NCBI GenBank assembly: GCA_002715825.1
Contig: PBAI01000011.1
Span: forward strand, 9,020-73,019
Source of the DNA: Roseibacillus sp.
GTDB taxonomy: Bacteria > Verrucomicrobiota > Verrucomicrobiia > Verrucomicrobiales > Akkermansiaceae
DNA length: 64,000 nt
Direction of reading: 5' to 3'
Under the pieces are notes generated by a model, which was given only the letters and a program-made list of their open reading frames with translations, had not been told where the DNA came from and ran no database searches. Both the position numbers and the translations under genes were made by a program. Within the stretch, counting starts at the first letter, position 1; each line of letters begins with the position of its first letter. Of this stretch, positions 39,359 through 48,925 are shown piece by piece.

Positions 39359-41941
39359 TCAGTGGTTGAAGAGAAACTCCTTGGTATTGAGAAGCGCCCA
39401 GATCAGATCTTCATAAGGTTCACGAGCGAGGGCCTCTGGTGATGGCTGTTTTTTCCTGGCGTCCCCGCTGAGGGTCGAGGGGTCCACCGGACTACGTTTG
39501 CGATTGAGATACTGTATTCCTACCTTCAACTCTTCCGGTCCGGGAGCTCGTGAAAACGCTCGGCGGTACAGTTCGCTAATACGTGCTTCATCACTGAATT
39601 CCTTCTTCTTAACCAGAAGAGCGGCTCGTGCATTATCGGAGGCAAGCTTGTTCCGGATATTGGTGGAATTGACGAGGTGGAGGGCCTGCGCGAGATTGAC
39701 ATCATCTGCCCGTTCGCATTCGCAGGCACTATTCATGTCCGGGCGGCCAAACACCGAAAGAAAGTAGGATTCCTTGGTGAACTGATCATCAGGGAGTTGG
39801 ACCGCTCGAACACCCTGGGGCTGTCCACTGAACGTTTCCTTTGCGTTGGTGACCGTATTAATTCCATCGAGAAGAATCTCGGCGGGTAGACGGCGAGGGT
39901 AAAACCGAGAGTAATTCTGCCGGTCATCAATGTTGAAATCGTTGGGATTGGAACTGAGTTGGTAGGTGGTGCTGTTACAGATCGTGCGAACAAGCCCCTT
40001 CAGATCATATCCGCTTTTGACAAAACTCCGTGCGAGTGCGTCGAGAAGCTCTGGGTGGGTTGGAGGATTGGTGACGCGCATATCGTCCTCCGGGTCAACA
40101 ATGCCGCGTCCAAAGAAATGTTTCCAGTAGCGGTTCACCAGCATTCTGGCGAAGAACGGGTTATCTTCGTTGGTCATCCAGTCAGCGAGGGAGTCCCTTG
40201 GGTCATTATGCTGATCAAGGATGAGCTCTTTCCCTCCGAGGGGTCTTGGTGGAAGAGCGCGCCCGCTTCTCGGATTCTTAGCGCTCGCTACGCCAATTTT
40301 GTTGAAGATGACCTCCTCTCCCGGTTGAGCACCGGGTTTACGGCCGATCTTCGAGAAGAATGCCTCAAACCCGTAATAATCGTCCTGACTCCATTTCTCA
40401 TACGGATGGTGATGACACTGGGCGCACTGCAGTCGCTGGCCGAGAAAAATTTGGGCAACATCCTGTAGTTGTTCCTTGCTGTCCTTGACTGTCCGATACC
40501 AGATGACCGGTGGGTTTTTTCCGACCTCCCCGGATGCCGCAACAAATTGGCGGACGAACGAGTTGTAAGGCACGTTGTGGTGGAGAGAATTCCGGATCCA
40601 CGAGTGAAAAGCAAAACTACCCCTTGCGTGATGAGCTGAGGCCCGTTTGTTGCGAAGAATAGCCGACCACTTCCCGGCGAAATAGTCCGCATAGTCAGTG
40701 CTGGCAAGCAGCTCATCAATCTTGCGGCTCCGCTTTTCCGGATTCGTATCAGCGAGGAACTTATCGGTTTCGTCGAGGGTTGGCAGGCGCCCGGCGATGT
40801 CAATTGTGGCCCTGCGAAGGAAGGTGGAGTCATCACTCAAGGATGATGGAGGAAGGCCAAGGGTGCGAAGCTTGGCAAAGATGTGCTGGTCTACAAGGTT
40901 GTCCGAGGACGGCAAATTATCGACTGGTGCTCCCAGAGGAATTGTGGCCCGAAAGACACCGACATGCTCCTGAAAGCGGATCATTACAGAGGCACTTCCT
41001 GTGCGCTCCTGCATGGTCACAAGTCCTCGGTCACTCACGATCGCCATTTCTTCGTCGTTGGCCTCATATTGAGCGATACGGGTGACATCCTTGCTGGATC
41101 CGTCATCGAAGTGAGCGACCACTCTCAGCTGCTGAACGGCCTTGGCGCTTGTCAGGCGCTCTCGCGGTTCAACAGAAATCCGAGTTACCGGAGAGTCACC
41201 CTCGGATCCATAGGGGAGGCCCTGCCGAATCCAGCGAACAATGGTCTTGTAATCATCACTGCCTCGAGTGAGGCGGGATCCTCCCTGATGAGGAAGTTCG
41301 CCACTTGCTTTCAGGAGAAGCAGGCTGTGGCTTGGAGACGCCCTGAAAATGCGTCTCCCCAATCCCTCTCGGGCAAGATAGTTGTGGTCGTCTTGTGGTT
41401 CGTATCCGAGCAGTGAAAGTTTAAATCCGTTCTGGCCCTCAGCCTTTCCGTGACACCCACCTCCGTTGCAGCCGTGGCGCGTAAAAATGGGTACGATTTC
41501 ATTGGGGAAACTGATCGGAAGTTGTTCTTTCGCCTGACTCACCTTGACCGTTCTCGCAAGGAATGAACCTGCGTGTTTCGCGGTTATTGTGGCGCTGCCG
41601 TTACCGATGACGCGGATAAGGCCGGTAGGAGAGACCGACACGACGCCGGCAGGCTCTACCGCGAATCCTGCACTAGCGGTTACATCTTCTGTTGCTCCAC
41701 TCTCATGGAGGGTAAGCACGAGCTGATGGAGGTCGTGCGGACCTTTCATCGTGATGTCCTCCTCACTACTCCACCGAAGAGTAGCACCATCCAAAATACC
41801 ATTGGGGGTGCTCCTGATTGCGACCGAGGCCTGACCCGGAAGGCTCTCCTCGGATGCACCGTTTCCGGTAGTTAAAATCACCAGGAGGCTCGAGAGTAAA
41901 AGAAGAGAAGGCTTCACGGTTGGGACAATGGGGCTATCCAA
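39359..41941 (-). CDS. Big_2 (Ig-like) / DUF1549 / DUF1553 protein
   Basis: Ig-like segments ([25 protein letters not shown]; [17 protein letters not shown]...VSDRGLVTM), [51 protein letters not shown] and HPELLDALA. The start may be GTG 41917 (giving [20 protein letters not shown]) rather than TTG 41941. Confidence 0.85.
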   Translation of the reverse strand: MDSPIVPTVKPSLLLLSSLLVILTTGNGASEESLPGQASVAIRSTPNGILDGATLRWSSEEDITMKGPHDLHQLVLTLHESGATEDVTASAGFAVEPAGVVSVSPTGLIRVIGNGSATITAKHAGSFLARTVKVSQAKEQLPISFPNEIVPIFTRHGCNGGGCHGKAEGQNGFKLSLLGYEPQDDHNYLAREGLGRRIFRASPSHSLLLLKASGELPHQGGSRLTRGSDDYKTIVRWIRQGLPYGSEGDSPVTRISVEPRERLTSAKAVQQLRVVAHFDDGSSKDVTRIAQYEANDEEMAIVSDRGLVTMQERTGSASVMIRFQEHVGVFRATIPLGAPVDNLPSSDNLVDQHIFAKLRTLGLPPSSLSDDSTFLRRATIDIAGRLPTLDETDKFLADTNPEKRSRKIDELLASTDYADYFAGKWSAILRNKRASAHHARGSFAFHSWIRNSLHHNVPYNSFVRQFVAASGEVGKNPPVIWYRTVKDSKEQLQDVAQIFLGQRLQCAQCHHHPYEKWSQDDYYGFEAFFSKIGRKPGAQPGEEVIFNKIGVASAKNPRSGRALPPRPLGGKELILDQHNDPRDSLADWMTNEDNPFFARMLVNRYWKHFFGRGIVDPEDDMRVTNPPTHPELLDALARSFVKSGYDLKGLVRTICNSTTYQLSSNPNDFNIDDRQNYSRFYPRRLPAEILLDGINTVTNAKETFSGQPQGVRAVQLPDDQFTKESYFLSVFGRPDMNSACECERADDVNLAQALHLVNSTNIRNKLASDNARAALLVKKKEFSDEARISELYRRAFSRAPGPEELKVGIQYLNRKRSPVDPSTLSGDARKKQPSPEALAREPYEDLIWALLNTKEFLFNH

Positions 41942-43286
41942 CGAGTTCAGGGATCGGAGCGTATTGACTTTCTACAAGAAAACGAGGGCGTCCGGAAAGG
42001 TCATTCACGGTAGTGCGTCGCGCATCAACGCCCAGACAGTGATACAGCGTAGAGAACACTTCCGGGAATTCTACTGGTCGGCTGTTTGCTTCTCCACCGT
42101 CGCGGGTTGTTGATCCGATCACCTGGCCGTGGTTCATTCCTCCTCCAGCGAGAAGAGCAGTGGAAACCTTGGGCCAATGATCGCGTCCCGCATCCTTATT
42201 AATTTTCGGGGTGCGTCCGAACTCTCCCCAGACGATCACACTAACGTCCTTATCCATGCCACGGTTATGCAGATCGTCCACCAGCGCGGTGATCCCCTGG
42301 TCGAGGAGAGGAAAGTCCTCCCGTGCACGTTTGAAGTTGCCTCCATGCCAATCCCACCGGCTAAAGCCGAGGGTGACACAGCGAGCCCCTGCCTCCACTA
42401 GTCTTCGTGCCATCAGAAACTGATCCAGTCGCTTCCATGGTCCATCAGCAGTCAGCTTCTCCGTCCCTTTTCCATACCTCTCAATGACTTTTGGATCTTC
42501 CGTGCTCAGATCAAGTGCTCTCGCCAGACGGCTTGAAGTCAAGACCCCGAACGCCTGTTCGGTAAAGGTATCCAGTCCTTCCATTGCGCCAGAATGATCT
42601 ACATCCCGACGGAAATTGTCGAAGGAGTTCAGCAGGGCCTTCCGGTCTGCGAGCCGCTCAATACTGATATCCTTCAAGACCATGTCTTTCTTCCCTCCAC
42701 CACGAAAAGGGGAGAAAGCTGCATGCGAAGGACCAAGAAACCCTGATTGGCCCGGGTCGCCCCACTGGTCATGCTTGCACTTTGGCGACAAACCAAGGAA
42801 GGAGGGCACTCCCGGCCTGGTCTGTCCAGAAAGCTTGGACAGCACCGAGCCGATGCTGGGCCAGCCTCCCGGAGGTTGCGGACCCTGTGGCTTCCGCCCC
42901 GTGAGGCACTGAACAGCATCATGACCGCCTCCGGCACCAACCATGGAACGAATGATGGAAAACTTGTCCATCATCGTGGCCATTTGCGGGAACAGCTCGC
43001 AGATTTCAATACCGGGAACGTTTGTGCCAATGGGGTTGAATTCGCCCCGAATTTCGGAAGGGGCATCAGTCTTCAGATCCCACATATCCTGATGGGGAGG
43101 TCCACCTGCGAGAAAGATCATGATAACCGCCTTATGATCCATGGGCTTAAGCTGAGCTTCCGATTCGGCGCGCAGAAGTTGAGGGAGGGAGGCTCCGCCC
43201 AGTCCGAGTGCGCCAATCTTCAGGAAACCGCGGCGTGTCATGCCGTCGCAGAAGGCTTCTCCTTTTTGGGCGGCGATGGTCAGCAC
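41934..43286 (-). CDS. DUF1501 domain protein, Tat signal (short subtype)
   Basis: [16 protein letters not shown]; ATG 43241 is a plausible true start and the track start at 43286 is [24 protein letters not shown] and GRDHWP motifs. Confidence 0.88.
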   Translation of the reverse strand: MLTIAAQKGEAFCDGMTRRGFLKIGALGLGGASLPQLLRAESEAQLKPMDHKAVIMIFLAGGPPHQDMWDLKTDAPSEIRGEFNPIGTNVPGIEICELFPQMATMMDKFSIIRSMVGAGGGHDAVQCLTGRKPQGPQPPGGWPSIGSVLSKLSGQTRPGVPSFLGLSPKCKHDQWGDPGQSGFLGPSHAAFSPFRGGGKKDMVLKDISIERLADRKALLNSFDNFRRDVDHSGAMEGLDTFTEQAFGVLTSSRLARALDLSTEDPKVIERYGKGTEKLTADGPWKRLDQFLMARRLVEAGARCVTLGFSRWDWHGGNFKRAREDFPLLDQGITALVDDLHNRGMDKDVSVIVWGEFGRTPKINKDAGRDHWPKVSTALLAGGGMNHGQVIGSTTRDGGEANSRPVEFPEVFSTLYHCLGVDARRTTVNDLSGRPRFLVESQYAPIPELVG

Positions 43287-43457
43287 GGCAGAATAGAATT
43301 TAAGATTCTTTAAGCTATCTTAGGTCTGATCCGGGTCATGGCTATCGCCAAAAGCCCACGACTATGTCCACGTTTATATGTGTTCATATGATCACTTTTT
43401 TTAATAAGGGTTTCGCCGAGGTGGCCCAGAGGATCCACGGTCGGTTTTGGTGACACC

Positions 43458-44396
43458 TCAGGGGACGTCAAAGCGATAAATCGACGCCCCAACTCCCTCG
43501 CTGACAGTGAAAAAGAACTCGCCGTCAGGAGAAAAAGCGATCGATTCGCCCTGGGGCTCAGAACGAACAGGAACCCCAATGGGGTCTTCTCTGAAAATTT
43601 CGTGCAGCGGGGAGTCAGGGTCCGGTTTCTTCCAGAGGAGAGCTCCTTTTTTGGGCTGTGGCGAATGGCTTCGCAGAATGATCATGCGCCCGTCCCTTGA
43701 AATATCTCCTCCACGTATTCCCGCGGATGGAGCGAAGCTGCCTACCGCGCCGAGGGTGCGGAGAGTGCCGGATCTATGTGGTCCTGGTGCATGAAAAACC
43801 GAAGCCACCTCTCTGGCGCCCTCACTTCTTTCGCGACTGATGAGGTAAATGTCTTCGGTGAGAGGATCGACTAACAAAGTTTCGCACTCTCGTGGGTCGG
43901 CGGGAAATCGCATCGAAAGAACCTCAATACCAGTCAAGGTCCGGTGTTTTGGAGCAGGGATTGTCTCCAATAGCGGTTCCAGAACCCGGTAAACAGTGAC
44001 AGTTCTGCGGGATAAGTCGTTGTTCCCGGTATCGGCAATATAGAGATAATCCCGGTCTTTTGACGGTCCCGGACCGATAGCAATGTCTTCCCAGTCGATA
44101 GCCCGGGCCCCTTCCAGTCGGAATACCCCGAGGAGGCCACCATCAGTGCCAAGAGCGAATACTCTGGCTTCGTCTCCTGAGTCATTATGAGCCCAGATTA
44201 CATCGTTATTCTGTCGGCTCAGAGCAATACCTGAGATTTCCGTGAGGCTTTCGGTTTGCACCCGTCCTGTACGGGTGCCCGGTTTCGACCCCGCTGATTC
44301 GAGGGCCCACCATGCGACGCTCAGCAAGAGAAGAACTGAGATCAAGACGAAGAATCGGTCGGCCATCAAGGTTCGGTAATGCTTTCCTAGTTTCAT
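43458..44396 (-). CDS. Secreted or membrane-anchored beta-propeller-like protein (SdiA-regulated/phytase-like pattern), function unknown
   Basis: N-terminal hydrophobic anchor. ISGIALSRQNNDVIWAHNDSGD...AIDWEDIAIGPGP...YLYIADTGNN resembles that family pattern. No search was run. Confidence 0.4.
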   Translation of the reverse strand: MKLGKHYRTLMADRFFVLISVLLLLSVAWWALESAGSKPGTRTGRVQTESLTEISGIALSRQNNDVIWAHNDSGDEARVFALGTDGGLLGVFRLEGARAIDWEDIAIGPGPSKDRDYLYIADTGNNDLSRRTVTVYRVLEPLLETIPAPKHRTLTGIEVLSMRFPADPRECETLLVDPLTEDIYLISRERSEGAREVASVFHAPGPHRSGTLRTLGAVGSFAPSAGIRGGDISRDGRMIILRSHSPQPKKGALLWKKPDPDSPLHEIFREDPIGVPVRSEPQGESIAFSPDGEFFFTVSEGVGASIYRFDVP

Positions 44397-44467
44397 CGAG
44401 ATTCAGTTTGTTTGTTCTCGGGTTAATCCTGTAGCATTGCTGGTAACGCTACGAAATTCTGTGTCAT

Positions 44468-44671
44468 ATGGCTACTTACGTATACGAGACGATTCCAGAA
44501 AACGCTGATGAAAAGCCCCGACGTTTTGAAGTTCAGCAGAAAATGACGGAAGACGCTCTGACGCATGATCCGGAGAGTGGCCTGCCGGTTAAACGGATCA
44601 TCACTGGCGGGTGCGGAATCGTCACTCATGGAACCAGTATCCTGTCCATGCGCTCCCGGGGATCAAAGTAG
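44468..44671 (+). CDS. Small FmdB-like protein lacking the zinc-ribbon cysteines
   Basis: 67 aa. MATYVYETIP...RRFEVQQKMTEDALTHDPESGLPVKRIITGG follows the FmdB-family spacing (MPxYxYxC..CG..FE....m.....CP.CG..v.R), but both CxxC knuckles are replaced. Confidence 0.5.
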   Translation: MATYVYETIPENADEKPRRFEVQQKMTEDALTHDPESGLPVKRIITGGCGIVTHGTSILSMRSRGSK

Positions 44672-44814
44672 GGGGTCTCCCTTCCTTCACTGGCGACAAA
44701 AATGAAGGGTTGGGACCCGACTGACGCGGGCAGCCGGCAAGTCTCTGCGAATCTGAACTGACAAGTCAGATTTCGTGCCGTATCAAGAGAGAGCTCACAG
44801 GCCATTAACCCACG

Positions 44815-46713
44815 ATGCCTCGATCTTTTATTCGTTCTCTAGTAGCAGCGCTGACCCCCTTTGGAGGCGCTGCCTTTGCGGAGGCGGAAGTCGCGCCTCG
44901 AAAAATGCCGCCGCTGCTTTCCCGCAAGGTTGATTTTGCCGAAGAGGTCAAACCCATCCTGGCCAGAAGTTGTACGATCTGTCATGCGAATGGGAAAAGT
45001 AAAGGTGGGTTCAACATGGATCATATTCACTCCTTTGTCGGAGGAGGTGATAGTGGCCCGGCGGTCGTTTCCGGAGACAGTGGGAAAAGCCTGCTGGTTG
45101 AGCTGCTTCTCAGTAATGACCCTGACGAGAGGATGCCCGTCAAAGGAGATCCGCTGAGCCTTGAGGAGATCGCGGTCATAAGAACTTGGATTGATCAGGG
45201 GATGCAGTGGGAAAAGGGCTTCACCTTTGCGAAGTTTCGAAATGCTCCTATCGCGCCTCGGAAGGTGGCTCTGCCCGGAGGGAATTCTGCCAACCCGGTG
45301 GATCGATTTCTCTCTCCATACTACGCTGAAAATAATATCGAGGAAGTCCCGCCGGTAGGAGATGAGGTTTTCGCGAGACGAGTGTATTTGGATGTCCTCG
45401 GGATTCTACCGACGGCGGGGGAGTTGCAGTCCTTCAGGCAGGACGCACGGACAGACAAGCGTGAGCAGCTCGTGAAGAATCTCCTTTCAGACAAGGAAAA
45501 CTATGCCGAGCACTGGGTGACATTCTGGAATGACAACCTGCGTAACAGTTATACCCGTCAATATCACGGGGGAGGTGGGAAGCCGATCACCGGATGGCTG
45601 AAGTCTGCCTTGTCCGAAAACAAGCCTTACGATCAGTTCGTGAGGGAGCTAATCGACCCAGTGGGAGGCTCGGATGGTTTTATCAAGGGGGTGGCTTGGA
45701 GAGGAACGGTTAACGCGTCACAGGTAACTGAAATGCAGGCAGCTCAAAATGTGGCGCAGGTATTCATGGGGCTGAATATCAAATGCGCCTCCTGTCATGA
45801 TTCCTTCATCAATGACTGGACCTTGAAGGAGACGTATTCATTTGCGGCAATTTTCGCTGGTGGGCCACTTGATATTCATCGCTGTGATAAGCCTACCGGA
45901 GAAAAAGCCGAGCCCGCCTTTCTTTATCCAGAGCTCGGCACGATCGATCCGCAGGCTTCTCCGGAGAAACGGGTTGCACAGCTAGCGAAGATCATGACTT
46001 CCCCGGAAAACGGGCGAATGACCCGAACAATAGTAAATCGTTTGTGGGCCATCTTCTTCGGTCGGGGACTGGTTGAGCCTGTCGACGAGATGGACAACCC
46101 GGCCTGGAATACGGATCTGCTGGACTGGCTTGCGGTTGACCTGGCGGAGAACGGCTACGACCTGAAACACACCATGAGTGTTCTTCTTAATTCCCGGGCC
46201 TATCAGCGACCAGCGGTCTCTCTGGATGAGGAGGCGGATGAGTTTGTCTTCGCGGGTCCGGTGGTCCGTCGGATGTTCGCTGAGCAGTTTCTTGATGGAT
46301 TGGATCAAATCATTCTGGCAGCAAAGGGTTCGCCGGCGGTGGCGCGTGGAACTGGACGCAAGCGGGCTGGTTCGCGAAATCTTGATCGGTTGATGCGGAC
46401 GCTGGGAAGGCCAAAGAGAGACGTCGTAGTTACTCGCCGGGAGTCAAGGGCGACCACTGCGCAGTTCATCGAATTATCTAATGGCAGATCCGTGGCTGAT
46501 CTGGTTGCGAAGGGGGGGAAGGAGTGGCTCGATTCGGGGCGAGCGCCGACAGCTCTCGTGGAGGATCTTTTTGTAAGTTCCTTCGCTCGAGATCCCTCGC
46601 CAAAGGAGCTGAAATCTGCTTTGGATATTATCGGTCGACCCGTGACTGCACGTGGGATAGAAGATTTGTTGTGGATGCTGGTGATGCATCCAGAATTTCA
46701 GTTAATTCATTAA
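44815..46713 (+). CDS. Planctomycete cytochrome c / DUF1549 / DUF1553 protein (short form)
   Basis: Sec signal. CTICH, LGILPTAGELQSF, CASCHDSFINDW, RMTRTIVNRLW and DLLDWLAVDLAENGYDLK motifs; 632 aa. Confidence 0.85.
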   Translation: MPRSFIRSLVAALTPFGGAAFAEAEVAPRKMPPLLSRKVDFAEEVKPILARSCTICHANGKSKGGFNMDHIHSFVGGGDSGPAVVSGDSGKSLLVELLLSNDPDERMPVKGDPLSLEEIAVIRTWIDQGMQWEKGFTFAKFRNAPIAPRKVALPGGNSANPVDRFLSPYYAENNIEEVPPVGDEVFARRVYLDVLGILPTAGELQSFRQDARTDKREQLVKNLLSDKENYAEHWVTFWNDNLRNSYTRQYHGGGGKPITGWLKSALSENKPYDQFVRELIDPVGGSDGFIKGVAWRGTVNASQVTEMQAAQNVAQVFMGLNIKCASCHDSFINDWTLKETYSFAAIFAGGPLDIHRCDKPTGEKAEPAFLYPELGTIDPQASPEKRVAQLAKIMTSPENGRMTRTIVNRLWAIFFGRGLVEPVDEMDNPAWNTDLLDWLAVDLAENGYDLKHTMSVLLNSRAYQRPAVSLDEEADEFVFAGPVVRRMFAEQFLDGLDQIILAAKGSPAVARGTGRKRAGSRNLDRLMRTLGRPKRDVVVTRRESRATTAQFIELSNGRSVADLVAKGGKEWLDSGRAPTALVEDLFVSSFARDPSPKELKSALDIIGRPVTARGIEDLLWMLVMHPEFQLIH

Positions 46714-46737
46714 GTTGCCGTGTAGAGCGCCAAGGTT

Positions 46738-48165
46738 ATGACTAGCCAAAAAAATCGCCGTGATTTCCTTTCTTCAGCCTCGGCTGCCACCCTTGGGGCC
46801 TTGGCCGCTGGTTATCCCTCAAGCAGTGCTCTGGCAAAGCCCGGGGGGAGTCTCAACTCTACAGCTGATACGGTAATCGTTCTGTGGATGGGGGGAGGAA
46901 TGGCGAGCACGGATACTTTCGATCCCAAACGCTACGTGCCCTATGAAAAAGGCTTGGATCCGAAGAGAGTGCTTTCCACCTTTCCAGCCGTCGATACCGT
47001 CGTAGATGGTCTCCAGTTTACGGAGGGTCTTGAAAAAATTGGCCGCGTGATGGATCGGGGAACGCTGATCAAGACCTATCAGGCAGCGGATCTTGGATTT
47101 ATTCTTCATAGCCGGCATCAGTACCACTGGCACACCGCTTACGAGCCGCCGCTGACCGTGGCGGCGCCTCATATCGGGTCATGGGTCTCGCGTAGTCTGG
47201 GTCCGTTGAATCCTGATCTCCCGGCATTCATTGATATCGGGCAAACGTTCGATGGCGGGGAAAAGGAATCTCTCAAGGCGTTTCATACCGCTGGATTCCT
47301 TGGAAGTGAGTTTGGCCCCTTCTTCCTTGTAGAACCCGATCAGGCCGTGGAAGCGGTGAAACCTCCTCCGGGGATGAGTGACGAGCGTTTTTCGAAGCGC
47401 TATCAGGCGTATAAGAAGCTTCTTGCTGACAGTCCGATCCAGCAGCATGGATCTGAGCATCAACGTGATTCCCTGTTGAAGTCGATCGACAATGCTCACC
47501 GTCTGCTTTCCAGTCCGAAGGCCCGTAAGGCTTTTGACCTGAGCCTCGAACCCAAGGAAAGCTACGACACATACAAGGTAGGGGGACGCTTTGGACTTGG
47601 GTGCCTGCTGGCCCGTCGCCTAACCGAGGCTGGGGCCCGTTTTATTGAGGTAACGCACGGCTATTACCCATTCAAGTACTGGGACACTCATGACAATGGG
47701 CACACCAGAATGAAGGATCTTAAGCAGATGATCGATGCTCCAATCGCTCAGCTGGTTCTCGATCTCGAGGAGCGTAAGCTCTTGGATCGCACCTTGATTG
47801 TGGTGGCCAGTGAATTCAGCAGAGACATGATGATGGAGGGTAAACCTGAAAAAAGAGTTAAAGATCAGGTTAACGTGCCTCCCAAGATCGATGGGCCCCA
47901 GCACTACGGAATGCATCGCCATTTCACAGGAGCAGGAAGCGTTCTTCTCTTCGGCGGCGGCGTCAAAAAAGGATTTGTCTATGGGGAGACGGCGGATGAG
48001 CGTCCCTGCACGACGGTGAAAAATCCGGTAAACACCCAGCAGTTACATGCCAGCATTTATCGCGCGCTTGGTATTCCCCATGACCATCACTATGCGGTCG
48101 AGCAGCGGCCCTTCTATGTTACTCCGGATGGGGTTACGGAGCCAGTCATGGACCTTTTTGGTTAA
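46738..48165 (+). CDS. DUF1501 domain protein, Tat signal, divergent motif set
   Basis: NRRDFLSSAS. GGGMASTDTFDPK. ASEFSRD stands in place of GGEFGRT, and HYGMHRHF in place of GRDHH. Confidence 0.8.
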   Translation: MTSQKNRRDFLSSASAATLGALAAGYPSSSALAKPGGSLNSTADTVIVLWMGGGMASTDTFDPKRYVPYEKGLDPKRVLSTFPAVDTVVDGLQFTEGLEKIGRVMDRGTLIKTYQAADLGFILHSRHQYHWHTAYEPPLTVAAPHIGSWVSRSLGPLNPDLPAFIDIGQTFDGGEKESLKAFHTAGFLGSEFGPFFLVEPDQAVEAVKPPPGMSDERFSKRYQAYKKLLADSPIQQHGSEHQRDSLLKSIDNAHRLLSSPKARKAFDLSLEPKESYDTYKVGGRFGLGCLLARRLTEAGARFIEVTHGYYPFKYWDTHDNGHTRMKDLKQMIDAPIAQLVLDLEERKLLDRTLIVVASEFSRDMMMEGKPEKRVKDQVNVPPKIDGPQHYGMHRHFTGAGSVLLFGGGVKKGFVYGETADERPCTTVKNPVNTQQLHASIYRALGIPHDHHYAVEQRPFYVTPDGVTEPVMDLFG

Positions 48166-48339
48166 CAAAAAGAGATGAGCCGCTGGTGGTCGATTGCTGC
48201 TGTGGTGCAGTGATCTTGACGCAAGGGAACTGTGCTATGGACTCGATCGGCTCTCACCCGGTCTATCCCAGTCCAGGGATTTCCCAAGCATCAGCATAAA
48301 CTTCTTGCGCGATTACAAGTGGTTTCTAGCGTGGGATCG

Positions 48340-48885
48340 ATGATCACCAAATTTTTATCTTCTGCACTCGTTGCAATTCTGATGATGCCCGTGGCTTCTG
48401 CTGAGGAAAAGGCCAGAGAACTTTATACTAACGGAGTGATCGATCTTGGAATCGTAGTCCGAGATCTTGACCAGTCAGCCAAGTTCTACACGGAGGTTGT
48501 CGGGCTTAAGGAAATCAACGGTTTCAAGGTGCCCGGGAAGGTCACCGGGGATTTTGGCCTTACCGATAACCAGGATGTGACTGCCCGTGTGTTCGTTGCC
48601 GTAGATGACGCCGGAACACCTGCGTCAAAGCTCAAGATGATGGCGTTCCCCAAAGCTCAGGGAACGAAGCCAGATCAGGAATTTATCCATAGTAGTCTGG
48701 GAGTCTCTTACCTGACACTGTTTGTCACTGATATGGATGCGGTCATGGCCCGCCTCAAAAAAGCTGGAGTGAAAACCCTTGGAAAAACTCCGGCGCCGAT
48801 CGGGGGGCCTAATTTTCTGACCGTTTTCAGAGATCCAGACGGAAACTTTATTGAACTGATTGGGCCGTCCAAGAAGGGCGGATAA
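48340..48885 (+). CDS. VOC (glyoxalase/bleomycin-resistance/dioxygenase) family protein, secreted
   Basis: ATG 48340 gives the signal peptide MITKFLSSALVAILMMPVASA. VIDLGIVVRDLDQSAKFYTEVVGLKE and FRDPDGNFIELI are VOC hallmarks. Confidence 0.75.
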   Translation: MITKFLSSALVAILMMPVASAEEKARELYTNGVIDLGIVVRDLDQSAKFYTEVVGLKEINGFKVPGKVTGDFGLTDNQDVTARVFVAVDDAGTPASKLKMMAFPKAQGTKPDQEFIHSSLGVSYLTLFVTDMDAVMARLKKAGVKTLGKTPAPIGGPNFLTVFRDPDGNFIELIGPSKKGG

Positions 48886-48925
48886 GTTCAAAAATACGGG
48901 TCTGGTCGAGCTGTGCCACGGGGTG

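Noticed and set aside
44750-44772. A hairpin aatctga-N9-tcagatt downstream of the small FmdB-like ORF.
   Set aside because: The stem is only 7 bp and AT-rich, with no following U-tract and 78 nt from the stop. That is too weak to call a terminator or riboswitch element. It is mentioned only in the related finding.
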